The position numbers were made by a program, and so were the translations under genes. Shown one piece after another: positions 18,144 to 27,939 of a stretch of DNA of 64,000 nt (its first letter is position 1; each line of letters starts with the position of its first letter). Below the pieces are notes generated by a model. The model ran no database searches. It was not told where the DNA came from and saw nothing but the letters and a program-made list of their open reading frames with translations. Origin of the DNA: Candidatus Pacearchaeota archaeon (GTDB lineage: Archaea > Nanobdellota > Nanobdellia > Pacearchaeales > GW2011-AR1); contig JAFCDB010000001.1 of the NCBI GenBank assembly GCA_017609885.1, positions 6,732-70,731 on the forward strand, written 5' to 3'.

Positions 18144-18579
18144 TTTTACTAACCTCCTCTGTTTTAGGTTCTTTATCAGGATTTGCTTTTTCTTCAATTT
18201 CTTTTTCAGGTTCTTTTGGTTCTTGGATATTTTCATCAGCAGTTTTTTTAGTTTCTTCAGCTTCTGATTTTTTTGCTTCAGATTTTGTTTTTGCTTTTTC
18301 TTCTGCTTCTTTCAAACGTTTCTTCCGTTCTTTTTTCGAAACAGTTTCATATTTTCTCAAACTCTCTGCATCATCATAAATTTTAGCTGAAATTTCAAAG
18401 ATTCTTGAGCCAAATTTTCCTTTAATTGTTTCTACAACAATTTGCTCCTCTGGTTTTTTAAATTTTTCTGTCAGCATTTCTCTAACTTTTTGTTCTGAAG
18501 GAGTTGATTCAGCTTCGAGAGTCGCGACTATTTCTTTTCTGTGCAAAAGTTTGTTGTCAAATTCTTTTGTGATGTTCAT
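18136..18579 (-). CDS. rps24e: Ribosomal protein S24e (eS24) with K/E-rich C-terminal extension
   Basis: MNITKEFDNKLLHRKEIVATLEAESTPSEQKVREMLTEKF...IVVETIKGKFGSRIFEISAKIYDDAESLRKYE matches the S24e family. Confidence 0.75.
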   Translation of the reverse strand: MNITKEFDNKLLHRKEIVATLEAESTPSEQKVREMLTEKFKKPEEQIVVETIKGKFGSRIFEISAKIYDDAESLRKYETVSKKERKKRLKEAEEKAKTKSEAKKSEAEETKKTADENIQEPKEPEKEIEEKANPDKEPKTEEVSKNE

Positions 18580-18833
18580 GTTTTCTCCTCAATAGGAATT
18601 TTTACAATTAGTGAATGATATTGATTATCAAAATTTAGAGTATTTGACCTTAAATCAAATTCAATTTTCTTTGCTTCCTGTTTTGTAAAAGTTCCTGCAT
18701 TTTCTAAATCTCCAAACCAAGGGACAATTGTATTATTACTTCCTTCTTCTGCAAAATCCTTGTAAAGGGGTTTAGATTGAGTAATTCTAATAACTTTATG
18801 AATTTTTCTTGCCATTTTATTTTTTCTTAACAT
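18576..18833 (-). CDS. Hypothetical protein in the rpoE-S24e operon
   Basis: 85-aa ORF, position conserved between RNAP subunit E-prime and S24e; no Zn-ribbon, so not Spt4. Confidence 0.3.
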   Translation of the reverse strand: MLRKNKMARKIHKVIRITQSKPLYKDFAEEGSNNTIVPWFGDLENAGTFTKQEAKKIEFDLRSNTLNFDNQYHSLIVKIPIEEKT

Positions 18834-19068
18834 AATTTGCTTTTTTATTTAGATTTAAATTTTTTGCAAATTCTGATTGTTCTGGATTTAATATAACCAC
18901 TCTACCTCTTAACTTCGCCATTTGAATTTTTTCAAGTTCTTCTAATTTTTTCTTTGGTTTTTTTTCAGGTTTTTCATCAACTTTTTCTTTAACATCTTTT
19001 TCCTTTAATTCTTGCTCTATTTTACTTTCTTCTTCCTGTTTTCCAGTTTCTTTTTCTTCTTTGTTCAT
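18817..19068 (-). CDS. Hypothetical K/E-rich small protein
   Basis: 83-aa ORF; low-complexity N-terminal half. Confidence 0.25.
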   Translation of the reverse strand: MNKEEKETGKQEEESKIEQELKEKDVKEKVDEKPEKKPKKKLEELEKIQMAKLRGRVVILNPEQSEFAKNLNLNKKANYVKKK

Positions 19069-19069
19069 T

Positions 19070-19678
19070 TTATTTTTTCTTCGCCTCCTTTTTACTTTCT
19101 TTCTTTGATTCTTCTTTTAATGTTTTTTCTGTTTCTTTTTTCTCTTTTATTTTGTCTTCTTCAATCCATTCTATTTTTCCAAGTCCTGGCTGTCTCATTG
19201 TTAAGCCGATTTTTGGCTCGCCCAGTTTGTAACTGACTGCTACAATTCTTGCAGCACAGGCGTCTCCTTTTTTCAGGCTTCGTTTTTTTGTTTTTCCTAT
19301 CAATGTATTTGTTTTTGAGAAGCTTACATAGTCATCCATTGTCTGGCTAATGTGAATCATTCCTTGTATTGCCCCCATGTCGATAAATGCCCCGAAATTT
19401 GTTATTTCGCTGATGATTCCGTGGACTAATTCCTGAATTTCAGGTTTCCAAACAACGAGTTCGAAGTTTGATTTGTAATATGCTGCGCCATCGCCGGGAA
19501 TGATGATTCCCTCTTCAATTCCTTTTACACCTGCAACAGCTATGACACTTCCAAGTTCCTTATCAAAATGCCCAATGTAGCTATTTTTCAACTGCTCTTC
19601 AACAGCCTCACTAGTAGGCAGACCAAAAAGCCTCGGTTCTACTCTTATAAAATCCTCCACGTCAATTAAATAGAACAT
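19070..19678 (-). CDS. rpoE: DNA-directed RNA polymerase subunit E-prime (Rpo7/RpoE)
   Basis: N-terminal RNP-like domain MFYLIDVEDFIRVEPRLFG...GSVIAVAGVKGIEEGIIIPGDGAAYYKSNFELVVWKPEIQELVHGII plus S1 domain GAFIDMGAIQGMIHISQ...GDACAARIVAVS; K/E-rich tail. Confidence 0.75.
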   Translation of the reverse strand: MFYLIDVEDFIRVEPRLFGLPTSEAVEEQLKNSYIGHFDKELGSVIAVAGVKGIEEGIIIPGDGAAYYKSNFELVVWKPEIQELVHGIISEITNFGAFIDMGAIQGMIHISQTMDDYVSFSKTNTLIGKTKKRSLKKGDACAARIVAVSYKLGEPKIGLTMRQPGLGKIEWIEEDKIKEKKETEKTLKEESKKESKKEAKKK

Positions 19679-19845
19679 TTTCTTATATTAAGTGGTAAAT
19701 GAAGGTTTATAAAATTTGCTACTTGTTTGTTTTTGCAGAAGCAACCTATATATCAGTTGTTAACTGAAATTAGTTTCAAGAAGTTTAGTATTTAAAATTT
19801 TGTGAGAAAAAAGGCGTTATTAGATTAAATAATTATTACACCAAA

Positions 19846-20397
19846 TTAGCTTATTGATAGCCCAAGATTTCCTGTTTCAGTACTTTGCAGTTCAACCATT
19901 GTTGGACAAATTGGACCTTGTGTTCGGCCGATGCAAACATCCTGGCAGCAAAATTCGAAAGTTGTTGTATTTAATGCATAATCTCCAATAGAATACGGAT
20001 AAATTAGTTCCCTTGTAGGGGAGTATTTATTGAGTTGGAATTTGTTTTCAAACGAAGATATAGCTGAGTTATCTATGTAAATTTTAGCTTCACAATCTAT
20101 ATAATCTTTTCCTGGAGGGAGTCTTGCGCTGACTTTGTAAGTAAGATCAAGGTCGCAATCTCCAGGATGTTTATTGCAATGTTCACAACCTAAACTCTGG
20201 CATTTTTCTTTTCCAAGATAACAATAACCATTACAACTGATATTGAGATCATCAATAGTTAAATCATAAGTGGATAGTTCTATTATAACTTCTGGATTCT
20301 TGAATTTATTTTTAAAAAGAACAAAGACTAATAAGACAAAAGCTATCATAATTAATATAGTAATTATCACCGCAGTTTTTTGAGCTTTCTTATTCAT
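19846..20397 (-). CDS. Cys-rich secreted protein with N-terminal signal anchor (start trimmed to internal MNKK to avoid overlap with taw1)
   Basis: MNKKAQKTAVIITILIMIAFVLLVFVLF anchor, then 14 Cys (CNGYCYLGKEKCQSLGCEHCNKHPGDCDLD...FCCQDVCIGRTQGPICP). Confidence 0.45.
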   Translation of the reverse strand: MNKKAQKTAVIITILIMIAFVLLVFVLFKNKFKNPEVIIELSTYDLTIDDLNISCNGYCYLGKEKCQSLGCEHCNKHPGDCDLDLTYKVSARLPPGKDYIDCEAKIYIDNSAISSFENKFQLNKYSPTRELIYPYSIGDYALNTTTFEFCCQDVCIGRTQGPICPTMVELQSTETGNLGLSIS

Positions 20398-20428
20398 AGA
20401 TATAGAAAGAATTTGAAATTTAAAAACT

Positions 20429-21445
20429 TCACTGTTTACCCGCATCTGCATCTTCTTTCCTGCGCAAGGAGAGTTCGGAAAAATCAATTTCCTCCTGTCC
20501 CTTTTTATTCTTCCTCACCAGTAACATCGTCCTCGACGGCACATGCTCATCAGCAATTTCATAATGTTCTAAAAATTTCAATAATTCTTTGCCAAAATTT
20601 CTAACATCATCCATTAGTGGCATATTCTCCACACTATAAAAATCCTGACTTGCTCCAACCCACATATAACTTTTCAGCTCAATAAACCACGGCATCCCGA
20701 TTTTTATCAGCTCGGCATAATTCTCAGGTTCAACCATATTTTCATTTTTAATCAAACTCAACCTTATTGCAGTCCTATATTTTCGCGTCTTTAGAATTTT
20801 CAAACTCTCCAACATCCGCTCCCAATAATCTTTAAACAACGGCCTGTCAATTTTCTTCATCAATTCTTTATTTGGCGCATCAATACTCAAATACAATTGT
20901 GTAACATTTTTAATTTTTTTAATTTCATTTGGATACTGCGCATTTGTCACAATAAAAGTTGAAATCTCCTGTTTATGAAATTCCTGTAAAAGTTCATTTA
21001 TCCTTGGATAAGTTATCGGTTCTCCTGTTAAAGACAAAGCAACGTGCTTTACATTTTTCATTTCATTTATTAATTTTTTATCAGCTCCTTTCAAACCCCC
21101 GAAACCTATCAACAATTTTGCATGTTGTTTTAAAGAATCGTTAATTATTTTTTTAGGACTGTCAACAACCCCATACCATTTTTCGCTTACAGGCGCTTTT
21201 TGCCCCCGCCAACAAAATTTGCATCGCGAAGCGCAAAACATCGAAGTTGTCATCTGCATGCATTGATGACTTTGAATCCCATAAAATTTATGTTTATAAC
21301 ATTTCCCTTTCCCACGCAGGCAATTCTTTGTCCATCCGCAAACTTTTACAGCTGAATGAGCTCCGACTACTCGATACTGCTGCTTTTTTAATTTTTTTTT
21401 GTAAGTTTCTGGAATTTGTTTTTTCATTATCTTAATACACAACAT
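20429..21445 (-). CDS. taw1: tRNA 4-demethylwyosine synthase Taw1/TYW1 (radical SAM)
   Basis: HSAVKVCGWTKNCLRGKGKCYKHKFYGIQSHQCMQMTTSMFCASRCKFCWR matches the TYW1 signature, including the auxiliary-cluster Cys and the CxxxCxxC site. Confidence 0.8.
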   Translation of the reverse strand: MLCIKIMKKQIPETYKKKLKKQQYRVVGAHSAVKVCGWTKNCLRGKGKCYKHKFYGIQSHQCMQMTTSMFCASRCKFCWRGQKAPVSEKWYGVVDSPKKIINDSLKQHAKLLIGFGGLKGADKKLINEMKNVKHVALSLTGEPITYPRINELLQEFHKQEISTFIVTNAQYPNEIKKIKNVTQLYLSIDAPNKELMKKIDRPLFKDYWERMLESLKILKTRKYRTAIRLSLIKNENMVEPENYAELIKIGMPWFIELKSYMWVGASQDFYSVENMPLMDDVRNFGKELLKFLEHYEIADEHVPSRTMLLVRKNKKGQEEIDFSELSLRRKEDADAGKQ

Positions 21446-21479
21446 TAATCTTTAAAAACTTGCTTTTCTAATTTCAGGC

Positions 21480-21749
21480 ATGGAAAAAGACATTGGCAAG
21501 ATAAAAAAGAATGAAACAACAGAAATTGTTGTGAGAATCGACGACTTTAGCGGAAAAACAGGTGTCACAATTCGGGAGTTTGTCACAAGCGACAGATACA
21601 CAGGATTTACAAAAGCAGGAACAAGAATTCCCGCAGATAAATTTTTAGAATTCAGGGAGCTCGTAAATACAATCAACATCGAAGACCTTAGCAATTTAAA
21701 GACAGAATCAAAAGAAGAAATCAAAGAAGAAAAAGAAACAGCGAATTAA
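21480..21749 (+). CDS. PC4/p15-like ssDNA-binding protein (YdbC-type)
   Basis: 89 aa; TTEIVVRIDDFSGKTGVTIREFVTSDRYTGFTKAGTRIP...FLEFRELVNTI fits the bacterial/archaeal PC4-like fold pattern. Confidence 0.45.
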   Translation: MEKDIGKIKKNETTEIVVRIDDFSGKTGVTIREFVTSDRYTGFTKAGTRIPADKFLEFRELVNTINIEDLSNLKTESKEEIKEEKETAN

Positions 21750-21794
21750 TTAATCTCTCAAAAAACTTATAAACCCCCCTCCCCTTCACAGATT

Positions 21795-22484
21795 ATGAAA
21801 AAGCAGGTGGCAAAATCAGATTCAATTGCAGGTTATTTTTCTAAACTTTGGAAACTTTATTTTTACCCAAAAGAATTTTTCAAAAGCGTTGAAAAAGAAG
21901 AAGATTATTTTCCAATACTAAAAATATTTATATTTTTTTATCTTCTCTCGTTCATTGTTTCAATCAGCGTCGCGTTTTTCTTTATTTCAAATGATTTTGG
22001 AATTTATGATTTTATCTTTGCATTTATCACAGCGATAATCTTTTCTTTTTTGTACCCATTTGCAATTTCAGGAATTTTTCATATAGGAACTAAAATTTTC
22101 AAAACTAAAAAAGAATTTTTCAAAACTTTCAAGCCAGTTACTTATGCTTTAATTGTAGGAGCTGTTTATACAATTTTAACTTCAATTTTAATTATATTTT
22201 TTCCAATTGATAATAGTATTTTATATTCGGCTCAGCAAACACAGGACATGGAAATACTTAAACAGACATATATAGAATATTTTTCTCAACCTGGAGCAAT
22301 TATTGATGTTGTACTAACTGCTGTTGCTTTAATCCATATTTTTGCACTCTCGATTTTTGGAATCTCAAAGTTTCATAAGATCACAAAATCCAAAGCTGCA
22401 GCTGCGATTGTTATTTCGTCCTTGTTGTTTTTCGTGGCAATTACTTTAATCTCTATGGTTTATTATCTTGCAAATGCTTCATAA
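21795..22484 (+). CDS. Polytopic membrane protein (Yip1-like topology)
   Basis: 229 aa, five predicted TM helices. Confidence 0.4.
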   Translation: MKKQVAKSDSIAGYFSKLWKLYFYPKEFFKSVEKEEDYFPILKIFIFFYLLSFIVSISVAFFFISNDFGIYDFIFAFITAIIFSFLYPFAISGIFHIGTKIFKTKKEFFKTFKPVTYALIVGAVYTILTSILIIFFPIDNSILYSAQQTQDMEILKQTYIEYFSQPGAIIDVVLTAVALIHIFALSIFGISKFHKITKSKAAAAIVISSLLFFVAITLISMVYYLANAS

Positions 22485-22521
22485 CCATAGATTTATTAAA
22501 TAATCATTTCCTTAATTTTAT

Positions 22522-22797
22522 ATGAAGAAAGCAGTGAAAATTACCATTAAAGGAACTGTTCAGGGTGTTTTTTTCAGAAATTTCGTCAAAGAAAACGCTG
22601 AAAAATTAAAGTTAAAAGGCTTTGTGAGAAATTTAGAAAACAGCAAAGTAGAAGTTTTTGCAGAGGGAGACATCGACAATGTTGACAAGCTTTTTGAAAT
22701 TTGCAAAAAAGGCCCAAAACATGCAGTGATAAAAGATATTCAGATTCAGGAACAGCCGTTTCAGGATTTCAAAGAATTTAAGGTTTTAAGAATCTAA
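22522..22797 (+). CDS. acyP: Acylphosphatase
   Basis: VQGVFFRNFVKENAEKLKLKGFVRNLENSKVEVFAEG matches the acylphosphatase signatures (V.G.VQGV.FR ... G.V.N...G.V). Confidence 0.8.
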   Translation: MKKAVKITIKGTVQGVFFRNFVKENAEKLKLKGFVRNLENSKVEVFAEGDIDNVDKLFEICKKGPKHAVIKDIQIQEQPFQDFKEFKVLRI

Positions 22798-22812
22798 AAA
22801 ATAAAAAAGAAA

Positions 22813-23604
22813 ATGACAGAGAAAAGCATGAAAAAAGAGAATAAGAAAAAAAATTATTGGACTTTTGCAGTTGTCATTGTCTTAGTTTTAGTAGGAGTTT
22901 TAATATATCAAAACCGGAATAGCGAGATTGTAGATTTAACTGACATCGGTCCTGAACCCTTTTTAATCTCCCCCCAATTAGCAGAAGTTGCTGCTGAAGA
23001 TTATCTCTTGAAATACTCTCCAGGAAATTATCAAAACCTTGGATACTTTCCAGCATATAATCTTGACGGAGAAATAGAGGCATATTATTTTATATTCGTT
23101 TCAGAAGAATTTGAATTTGACAGTTTTGAAAAAATTGAGGAAATGGTTAGAACTATTGAAAATGAAGAAGACAGATATTATTATGACGATGTTCGAACAA
23201 TTATAGCAGGTGCTTGGACTACCCAGCGCCCAGTTGACAGGATTTTTGTTGGCCTTCCGCCTTTTATTGTTAAAAAATTCGACCTGCAAGAAACTTTAGA
23301 AGAGAATTTTATATTCGGAAGATTAATTCATTTAAATGTTATAGATGCCCGCTATGAAGTTGCAAGAGAGCCAGACATTATACTTGGAGAACCTCTTTTA
23401 GATGAATCTTATTTAATGGATGTTAAAAATGAGGAGTTGTCTGAAACTGCAGGAGAAGCCAGAGAAAGAATTAAAGAAGAAATAAAAGCAAGCAATAAAG
23501 AAATAATGGAAATGACTCCTGAAACCAGAGAGAATCATCTTGAGGGAATTATCAATCTAAAAGAAATGCATGTCGCAGAATGGAGAATGTATCAAACTTT
23601 ATAA
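22813..23604 (+). CDS. Hypothetical membrane-anchored protein
   Basis: 263 aa; N-terminal TM WTFAVVIVLVLVGVLIY; acidic ectodomain. Confidence 0.4.
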   Translation: MTEKSMKKENKKKNYWTFAVVIVLVLVGVLIYQNRNSEIVDLTDIGPEPFLISPQLAEVAAEDYLLKYSPGNYQNLGYFPAYNLDGEIEAYYFIFVSEEFEFDSFEKIEEMVRTIENEEDRYYYDDVRTIIAGAWTTQRPVDRIFVGLPPFIVKKFDLQETLEENFIFGRLIHLNVIDARYEVAREPDIILGEPLLDESYLMDVKNEELSETAGEARERIKEEIKASNKEIMEMTPETRENHLEGIINLKEMHVAEWRMYQTL

Positions 23605-23626
23605 ATCATAGTTGTCTTGATTTAGA

Positions 23627-25099
23627 ATGAGCCGAGAAAAACAAATTATCGAAAACAGATTAAGAAAAATAAAAGAGTTGAGAGAGCAGGGCATAAATCC
23701 CTATCCTCATAAGTATAACAAAAAATTCAAAATTGAGGAGTGCTTGAAATTCAAACTTGGAACAAAAGTAAAAACTGCTGGACGGATTATGACAAAGAGA
23801 AATCTCGGAAAAATATTTTTTGCAACCCTGCAAGATGGGTCAGGAAAAATACAGCTTGTTTTACAAAAAGATAAAACTCCTCAAAAACAATTTGAATTTT
23901 TTAAAAAATATATTGACAACGGAGATTTTATTGGGGTTGAAGGAAAAATAATAAAAACAAAGACAAAACAAATTTCAATCCTCGTCGACAAAGTAGAACT
24001 TTTATCAAAGGCAGTTTTGCCTCTGCCTGAAAAATTCCACGGATTAAAAGAAAAGGAAGACAGATATAGAAAAAGATACTTGGATTTGATTATGAATCCG
24101 GAAGTTAAAGATGTTTTTTTGAAAAGGGAAATAATCATTGATAGCATTCGAGAATTTCTAAAGGAAGAAGGATTTGTAGAGGTTGAAACTCCTACTTTGC
24201 AAACTATTTACGGGGGTGCTTCATCAAAACCATTCAAAACTCATTTAAATGCTTTAGATATTGAGTTGTTTTTATCTATTTCTCCTGAATTGTATTTGAA
24301 AAGATTAATTGTTGGAGGATTTGAAAGAGTTTTTACTGTATGTAAAAATTTTAGAAATGAAGGAATTGATGCATTCCATAACCCAGAATTTACTATGATG
24401 GAATATTATGTCGCCTATAAAAATTATGAATATCATATTAAGATGGCAGAAAAATTCTTTGACAAAATCAGGAAAAAATTAAAACTTGGAGATAAGATTG
24501 AATATCAAGGAAAACAAATTAATTTAAAAACCCCTTTCAAGAGAATTAAATTTAGAGATTTAATTTTTAAGGAAACTAAGATAGATATTGATAAAGCAGA
24601 TAACTTTGAAAAACTTGAAAAGGAAATTAAATTTAAAAAAATTAAAAATGTCGATATAAAAAATTGCCATCATTATGGATCTTTACTTGATGAGTTATAT
24701 AAAAAAGTTGCAAGACCAAAAATAATTCAACCAACTTTTCTAACTCATTATCCTGTTGAAATGATTGCTTTGGCAAAAAGAAATGAAGAAGATAAAAGAA
24801 AAATAAATTCTGTTCAGCTAATAATTGACGGAGCAGAAATTGTAAAAGCATATGACGAATTAAACGATCCCATTGACCAAGATAATAGATTAAAAGAACA
24901 GGCAAAACTTTTGAAAAAAGGAGACAATGAAGCTATGCCTATGGACGAAGACTTTGTAAATGCATTAAAGGTAGGAATGCCTCCAACTGCTGGATATGGA
25001 ATGGGAATCGATAGATTAGTAATGCTACTCACAAATCAACCTTCAATCCGCGATGTTATTTTATTTCCATTTATGAAACCAAAGGAGGAAATAAAATGA
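23627..25099 (+). CDS. lysS: Lysyl-tRNA synthetase, class II
   Basis: OB-fold N-terminus then class II motifs FRNEG (motif 2) and GMGIDRLVMLLTN (motif 3); 490 aa. Confidence 0.85.
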   Translation: MSREKQIIENRLRKIKELREQGINPYPHKYNKKFKIEECLKFKLGTKVKTAGRIMTKRNLGKIFFATLQDGSGKIQLVLQKDKTPQKQFEFFKKYIDNGDFIGVEGKIIKTKTKQISILVDKVELLSKAVLPLPEKFHGLKEKEDRYRKRYLDLIMNPEVKDVFLKREIIIDSIREFLKEEGFVEVETPTLQTIYGGASSKPFKTHLNALDIELFLSISPELYLKRLIVGGFERVFTVCKNFRNEGIDAFHNPEFTMMEYYVAYKNYEYHIKMAEKFFDKIRKKLKLGDKIEYQGKQINLKTPFKRIKFRDLIFKETKIDIDKADNFEKLEKEIKFKKIKNVDIKNCHHYGSLLDELYKKVARPKIIQPTFLTHYPVEMIALAKRNEEDKRKINSVQLIIDGAEIVKAYDELNDPIDQDNRLKEQAKLLKKGDNEAMPMDEDFVNALKVGMPPTAGYGMGIDRLVMLLTNQPSIRDVILFPFMKPKEEIK

Positions 25100-25198
25100 A
25101 CAAAAAAATCCTTAGAATCCTAGATTGGATTACCGTCAGCGTTGGAATAATCGCAGCAGTTGCTTTGTTGTATGGGATAGTTATATTAATCAAATAAA

Positions 25199-25387
25199 AT
25201 GCCAAACCTAATAAAACAAAATAACATTAAGAAAATTGTAAAAGAAATTGACAAGGAAAACAAAGTCAGGAATATTGCCGGCGATGTATCTTTGGAGCTT
25301 GAGAAAAAAACAATTGAAGTTTTAGAAAAAGCAATTAAGCGCGCAAAAGAAAATAACCGAAGAACATTATTTGGAAGGGATTTATGA
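25199..25387 (+). CDS. Archaeal histone-fold protein (HMf-like), tentative
   Basis: 62 aa; IKKIVKEIDKENKVRNIAGDVSLELEKKTIEVLEKAIKRAKENNRRTLFGRDL aligns to HMfB [52 protein letters not shown]. Confidence 0.45.
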   Translation: MPNLIKQNNIKKIVKEIDKENKVRNIAGDVSLELEKKTIEVLEKAIKRAKENNRRTLFGRDL

Positions 25388-25992
25388 TGAAATTAAAAAA
25401 TGGTGAATGGGTGCTTGTAATTTTTAATTTGATTTACATAGCAGCGTTCTCAATTTATTATCTCTCTATAGGAAATTTAGAATTTTTAATTTATGTTGGA
25501 GTTATGATTTTCTTTTTTACCTTGATTTTTTCAACTCTAAGAAAAACAAATTTTGATTATCTTATTTTGTGGGGACTTTCAATATGGGGCTTTTTGCATA
25601 TGGCAGGTGGTGGAATAAGAATCGGCGACGGCGTTTTATACAGTGTAATTTTAATCCCTTTAATTAATTCCGGAGAATTTGTTTTATTTAAATTCGACCA
25701 ATTTGTTCATGCATTTGGATTTGGAGTTGCGACTCTTGTGGGCTGGCACTTGTTAAAACCCTATCTAAAAAAAGACATAAATTGCAAAGTTATTTATTTC
25801 CTGATTATCCTCATTGGAATGGGATTCGGAGCTTTAAATGAAATTGTTGAATTTATTGCAGTAATTGTACTCCCAGAAACCGGCGTAGGAGGATATTATA
25901 ACACTTCTTTGGATTTAGTTTTCAACACTTTGGGTGCGACTATCGCAGTGGGAATAATTCATTTAAGGAGGAAAATTATTGAAAAAAATTAA
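25384..25992 (+). CDS. Polytopic membrane protein
   Basis: 202 aa, about 6 TM helices. Confidence 0.4.
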   Translation: MMKLKNGEWVLVIFNLIYIAAFSIYYLSIGNLEFLIYVGVMIFFFTLIFSTLRKTNFDYLILWGLSIWGFLHMAGGGIRIGDGVLYSVILIPLINSGEFVLFKFDQFVHAFGFGVATLVGWHLLKPYLKKDINCKVIYFLIILIGMGFGALNEIVEFIAVIVLPETGVGGYYNTSLDLVFNTLGATIAVGIIHLRRKIIEKN

Positions 25993-26311
25993 AATGGAAG
26001 AAGTGCCTATAGAGATTTTGGCAATGTCGAGAGTCAAACATAAAAAATGGATGAAAGGGGGAAAGGCAGATGTAGTAGTGTGCTCAAATTTTGATTCTGG
26101 TTTCTCAAAAAAAATAAAATGTGATGAATGTGGAGAAGTTTGCTTCTATACTGAAGGCGAAAATTTAGACATGAAAAAAGAAAACATTAAAAAAATATGC
26201 AACAAATGTTGTTTATCTAAATATAAAGAGCACATGCATCCGGAGCAAATTGCTTTGATTGAATTGGCAATGAAAGTTGATGAGGAGGAAAAATATGGAG
26301 AAAATTCCTGA
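25979..26311 (+). CDS. Small Cys-rich protein (putative zinc ribbons)
   Basis: 110 aa; CSNFDSGFSKKIKCDECGEVC and CNKCC pairs. Confidence 0.35.
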   Translation: MKKIKMEEVPIEILAMSRVKHKKWMKGGKADVVVCSNFDSGFSKKIKCDECGEVCFYTEGENLDMKKENIKKICNKCCLSKYKEHMHPEQIALIELAMKVDEEEKYGENS

Positions 26312-26780
26312 ACATAAAGCAACATTTAATGAAAAAGGCAAAGTAGTTTTAAAAAAAAGATCTGAAATAAAAAAAGGAAAATTATCAAGGGCAAGAGGTG
26401 CAAGATTTGAGTTAAAAGCAAGAGAATATTGGGAGAGCAGGGGATGGGCTGTTGATAAATGGACAAACAATGTTGATTTAGTTGGAAGCAAATTAATTAA
26501 AGCAAAAAGAAAATACAATCCGTTTAAGAAACTGCTTGTTGTTGGAACAGGATTCCCTGATTTTATTGTTATGAAACATCTTCATGAAGAAAAACATACT
26601 GTTGTTGGAATGGAGGTTAAAATAAATGGATTGCTTAGCAAAGAAGAAAAACAAAAATGCCAGTGGTTACTTGAGAATAATATTTTTAGTCAAATATTAA
26701 TAGCAAAAAAAGGAAATAAGCGCGGACAAATTGAGTTTATAGATTTTAAAGAAAAATGGGGAAAGAACATTCACGAATAA
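26295..26780 (+). CDS. hjc: Hjc-like Holliday-junction resolvase / PD-(D/E)xK nuclease; start at the ATG preceded by GAGGAGG
   Basis: RARGARFELKAREYWESRGWAV parallels Hjc KGSAVERNIVSRLRDKGFAV; GFPDFIVMK...VVGMEVK parallels PIPDIIAL...ILIEMKSRK (D...E.K catalytic core); SD GGAGG 7 nt upstream of the ATG at 26295. Confidence 0.5.
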   Translation: MEKIPEHKATFNEKGKVVLKKRSEIKKGKLSRARGARFELKAREYWESRGWAVDKWTNNVDLVGSKLIKAKRKYNPFKKLLVVGTGFPDFIVMKHLHEEKHTVVGMEVKINGLLSKEEKQKCQWLLENNIFSQILIAKKGNKRGQIEFIDFKEKWGKNIHE

Positions 26781-26782
26781 AT

Positions 26783-27907
26783 TCACTTAATTCCTCTCTC
26801 AATTTCCATCAATCTTTTTAATTTTTCTTTTCTTCCTTTTCCTAAAATTCCTGTTTTAATAAAATCCCCCTGAAATCCAAAACATAAATCTGCTAAGATA
26901 TTGTCGGAAGTTTCACCACTTCTATGCGAAAAAATCATCACTATTCTTTTCTTCTTGCAAAACTCAACAATTTTTTCAACTTCAATAAGTGAACCATTTT
27001 GGTTGGGTTTTATAATAATTGCATTAATTGCTTTTTTCTTAATAGCCAATTTTATCCTCGACAAATTCGTAACAGTTAAGTCATCTCCAACAATCAGCCC
27101 TTTTGATTTAATTTTCGAAAAACCCTGAAAATCATTTTCCTCCAATGGATCTTCAAGATAATAAAATTTCTCTTTAATTTTTTTCATAAATTTTATCTGC
27201 TGTTCTTTTGTTAATTTTCTTTTGTAATTTTTATAATGATATTTTTTATTTTTATAAAATTCCGACGCTGCAATATCAATTCCAACTCTTGCATTAAATT
27301 TTTTTCCAATATTTTGCATAATTTTCATAATCTCTTCATTTGAAAAATCTGTCTGCCATGCATTTTCATCATTTGTTTTTTTTGATTTCAAAATCTTTTT
27401 GCAACTTTTCCAGGATTTTTTATTTATTTTTATTGCTTCTCTGAATTTTTTTGTTTTAGGGATAAAAAGAAATTCCTGAAAATCTGGACGCTTGCCAGAA
27501 CTGTGACTTCCTCCTCCAATTGCATTTCCTGCAGGAATTGGGATTTTTTTTGCATTTGAATTAATTAACTGCCATACTTGCTTCTTTTGTTCTTTTGCCA
27601 AAGCTTTGAGAAAAACATACTCTAAAGCAACCATTGTATTAGCTCCAATTTTTTTCCTGAAGATTTTCTCTAATTTTTTTAAGTCATCAAATTTCTCAAA
27701 TTTGATTTCTTTTAATTTAAAACTATTTATAACTGAAATATCTCTTGATAGACTCTTCTTCCACGGCTTTGCTTCAAACTTCCCCCGTGATTTTCCATTT
27801 GGTGCACTTGCTTTAAATTTTCCAAAGTGATTGTTTAGTTCTACTTGGATTGTTGGATCACCACGCGTATCTCTAATTTTTCTTGCAATTAACCTCTTTA
27901 TTTTCAT
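26783..27907 (-). CDS. eno: Enolase (divergent, short)
   Basis: N-terminal IRDTRGDPTIQVEL...GKFKASAPNGKSRGKFEA; C-terminal SHRSGETSDNILADLCFGFQGDFIKTGILGKGRKEKLKRLMEIE matches the enolase signature SHRSGETED..IADLAV...IKTG...R.ER.AKYNQLLRIEE. Confidence 0.7.
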   Translation of the reverse strand: MKIKRLIARKIRDTRGDPTIQVELNNHFGKFKASAPNGKSRGKFEAKPWKKSLSRDISVINSFKLKEIKFEKFDDLKKLEKIFRKKIGANTMVALEYVFLKALAKEQKKQVWQLINSNAKKIPIPAGNAIGGGSHSSGKRPDFQEFLFIPKTKKFREAIKINKKSWKSCKKILKSKKTNDENAWQTDFSNEEIMKIMQNIGKKFNARVGIDIAASEFYKNKKYHYKNYKRKLTKEQQIKFMKKIKEKFYYLEDPLEENDFQGFSKIKSKGLIVGDDLTVTNLSRIKLAIKKKAINAIIIKPNQNGSLIEVEKIVEFCKKKRIVMIFSHRSGETSDNILADLCFGFQGDFIKTGILGKGRKEKLKRLMEIERGIK

Positions 27908-27939
27908 AAAATAAAAAAGAAATTAAGGTTTATTAAAGT

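Noticed and set aside
19012-19236. 74-aa F/L-rich plus-strand ORF
   Set aside because: Antisense to the K/E-rich tail of rpoE-prime and its neighbour; artefact of AAG/GAA repeats.
21452-21724. 90-aa minus-strand ORF
   Set aside because: Fully overlaps the better-supported PC4-like gene on the plus strand.
26901-27830. Plus-strand small ORFs inside the enolase gene
   Set aside because: Antisense to eno; hydrophobic/low-complexity artefacts of AT-rich sequence.
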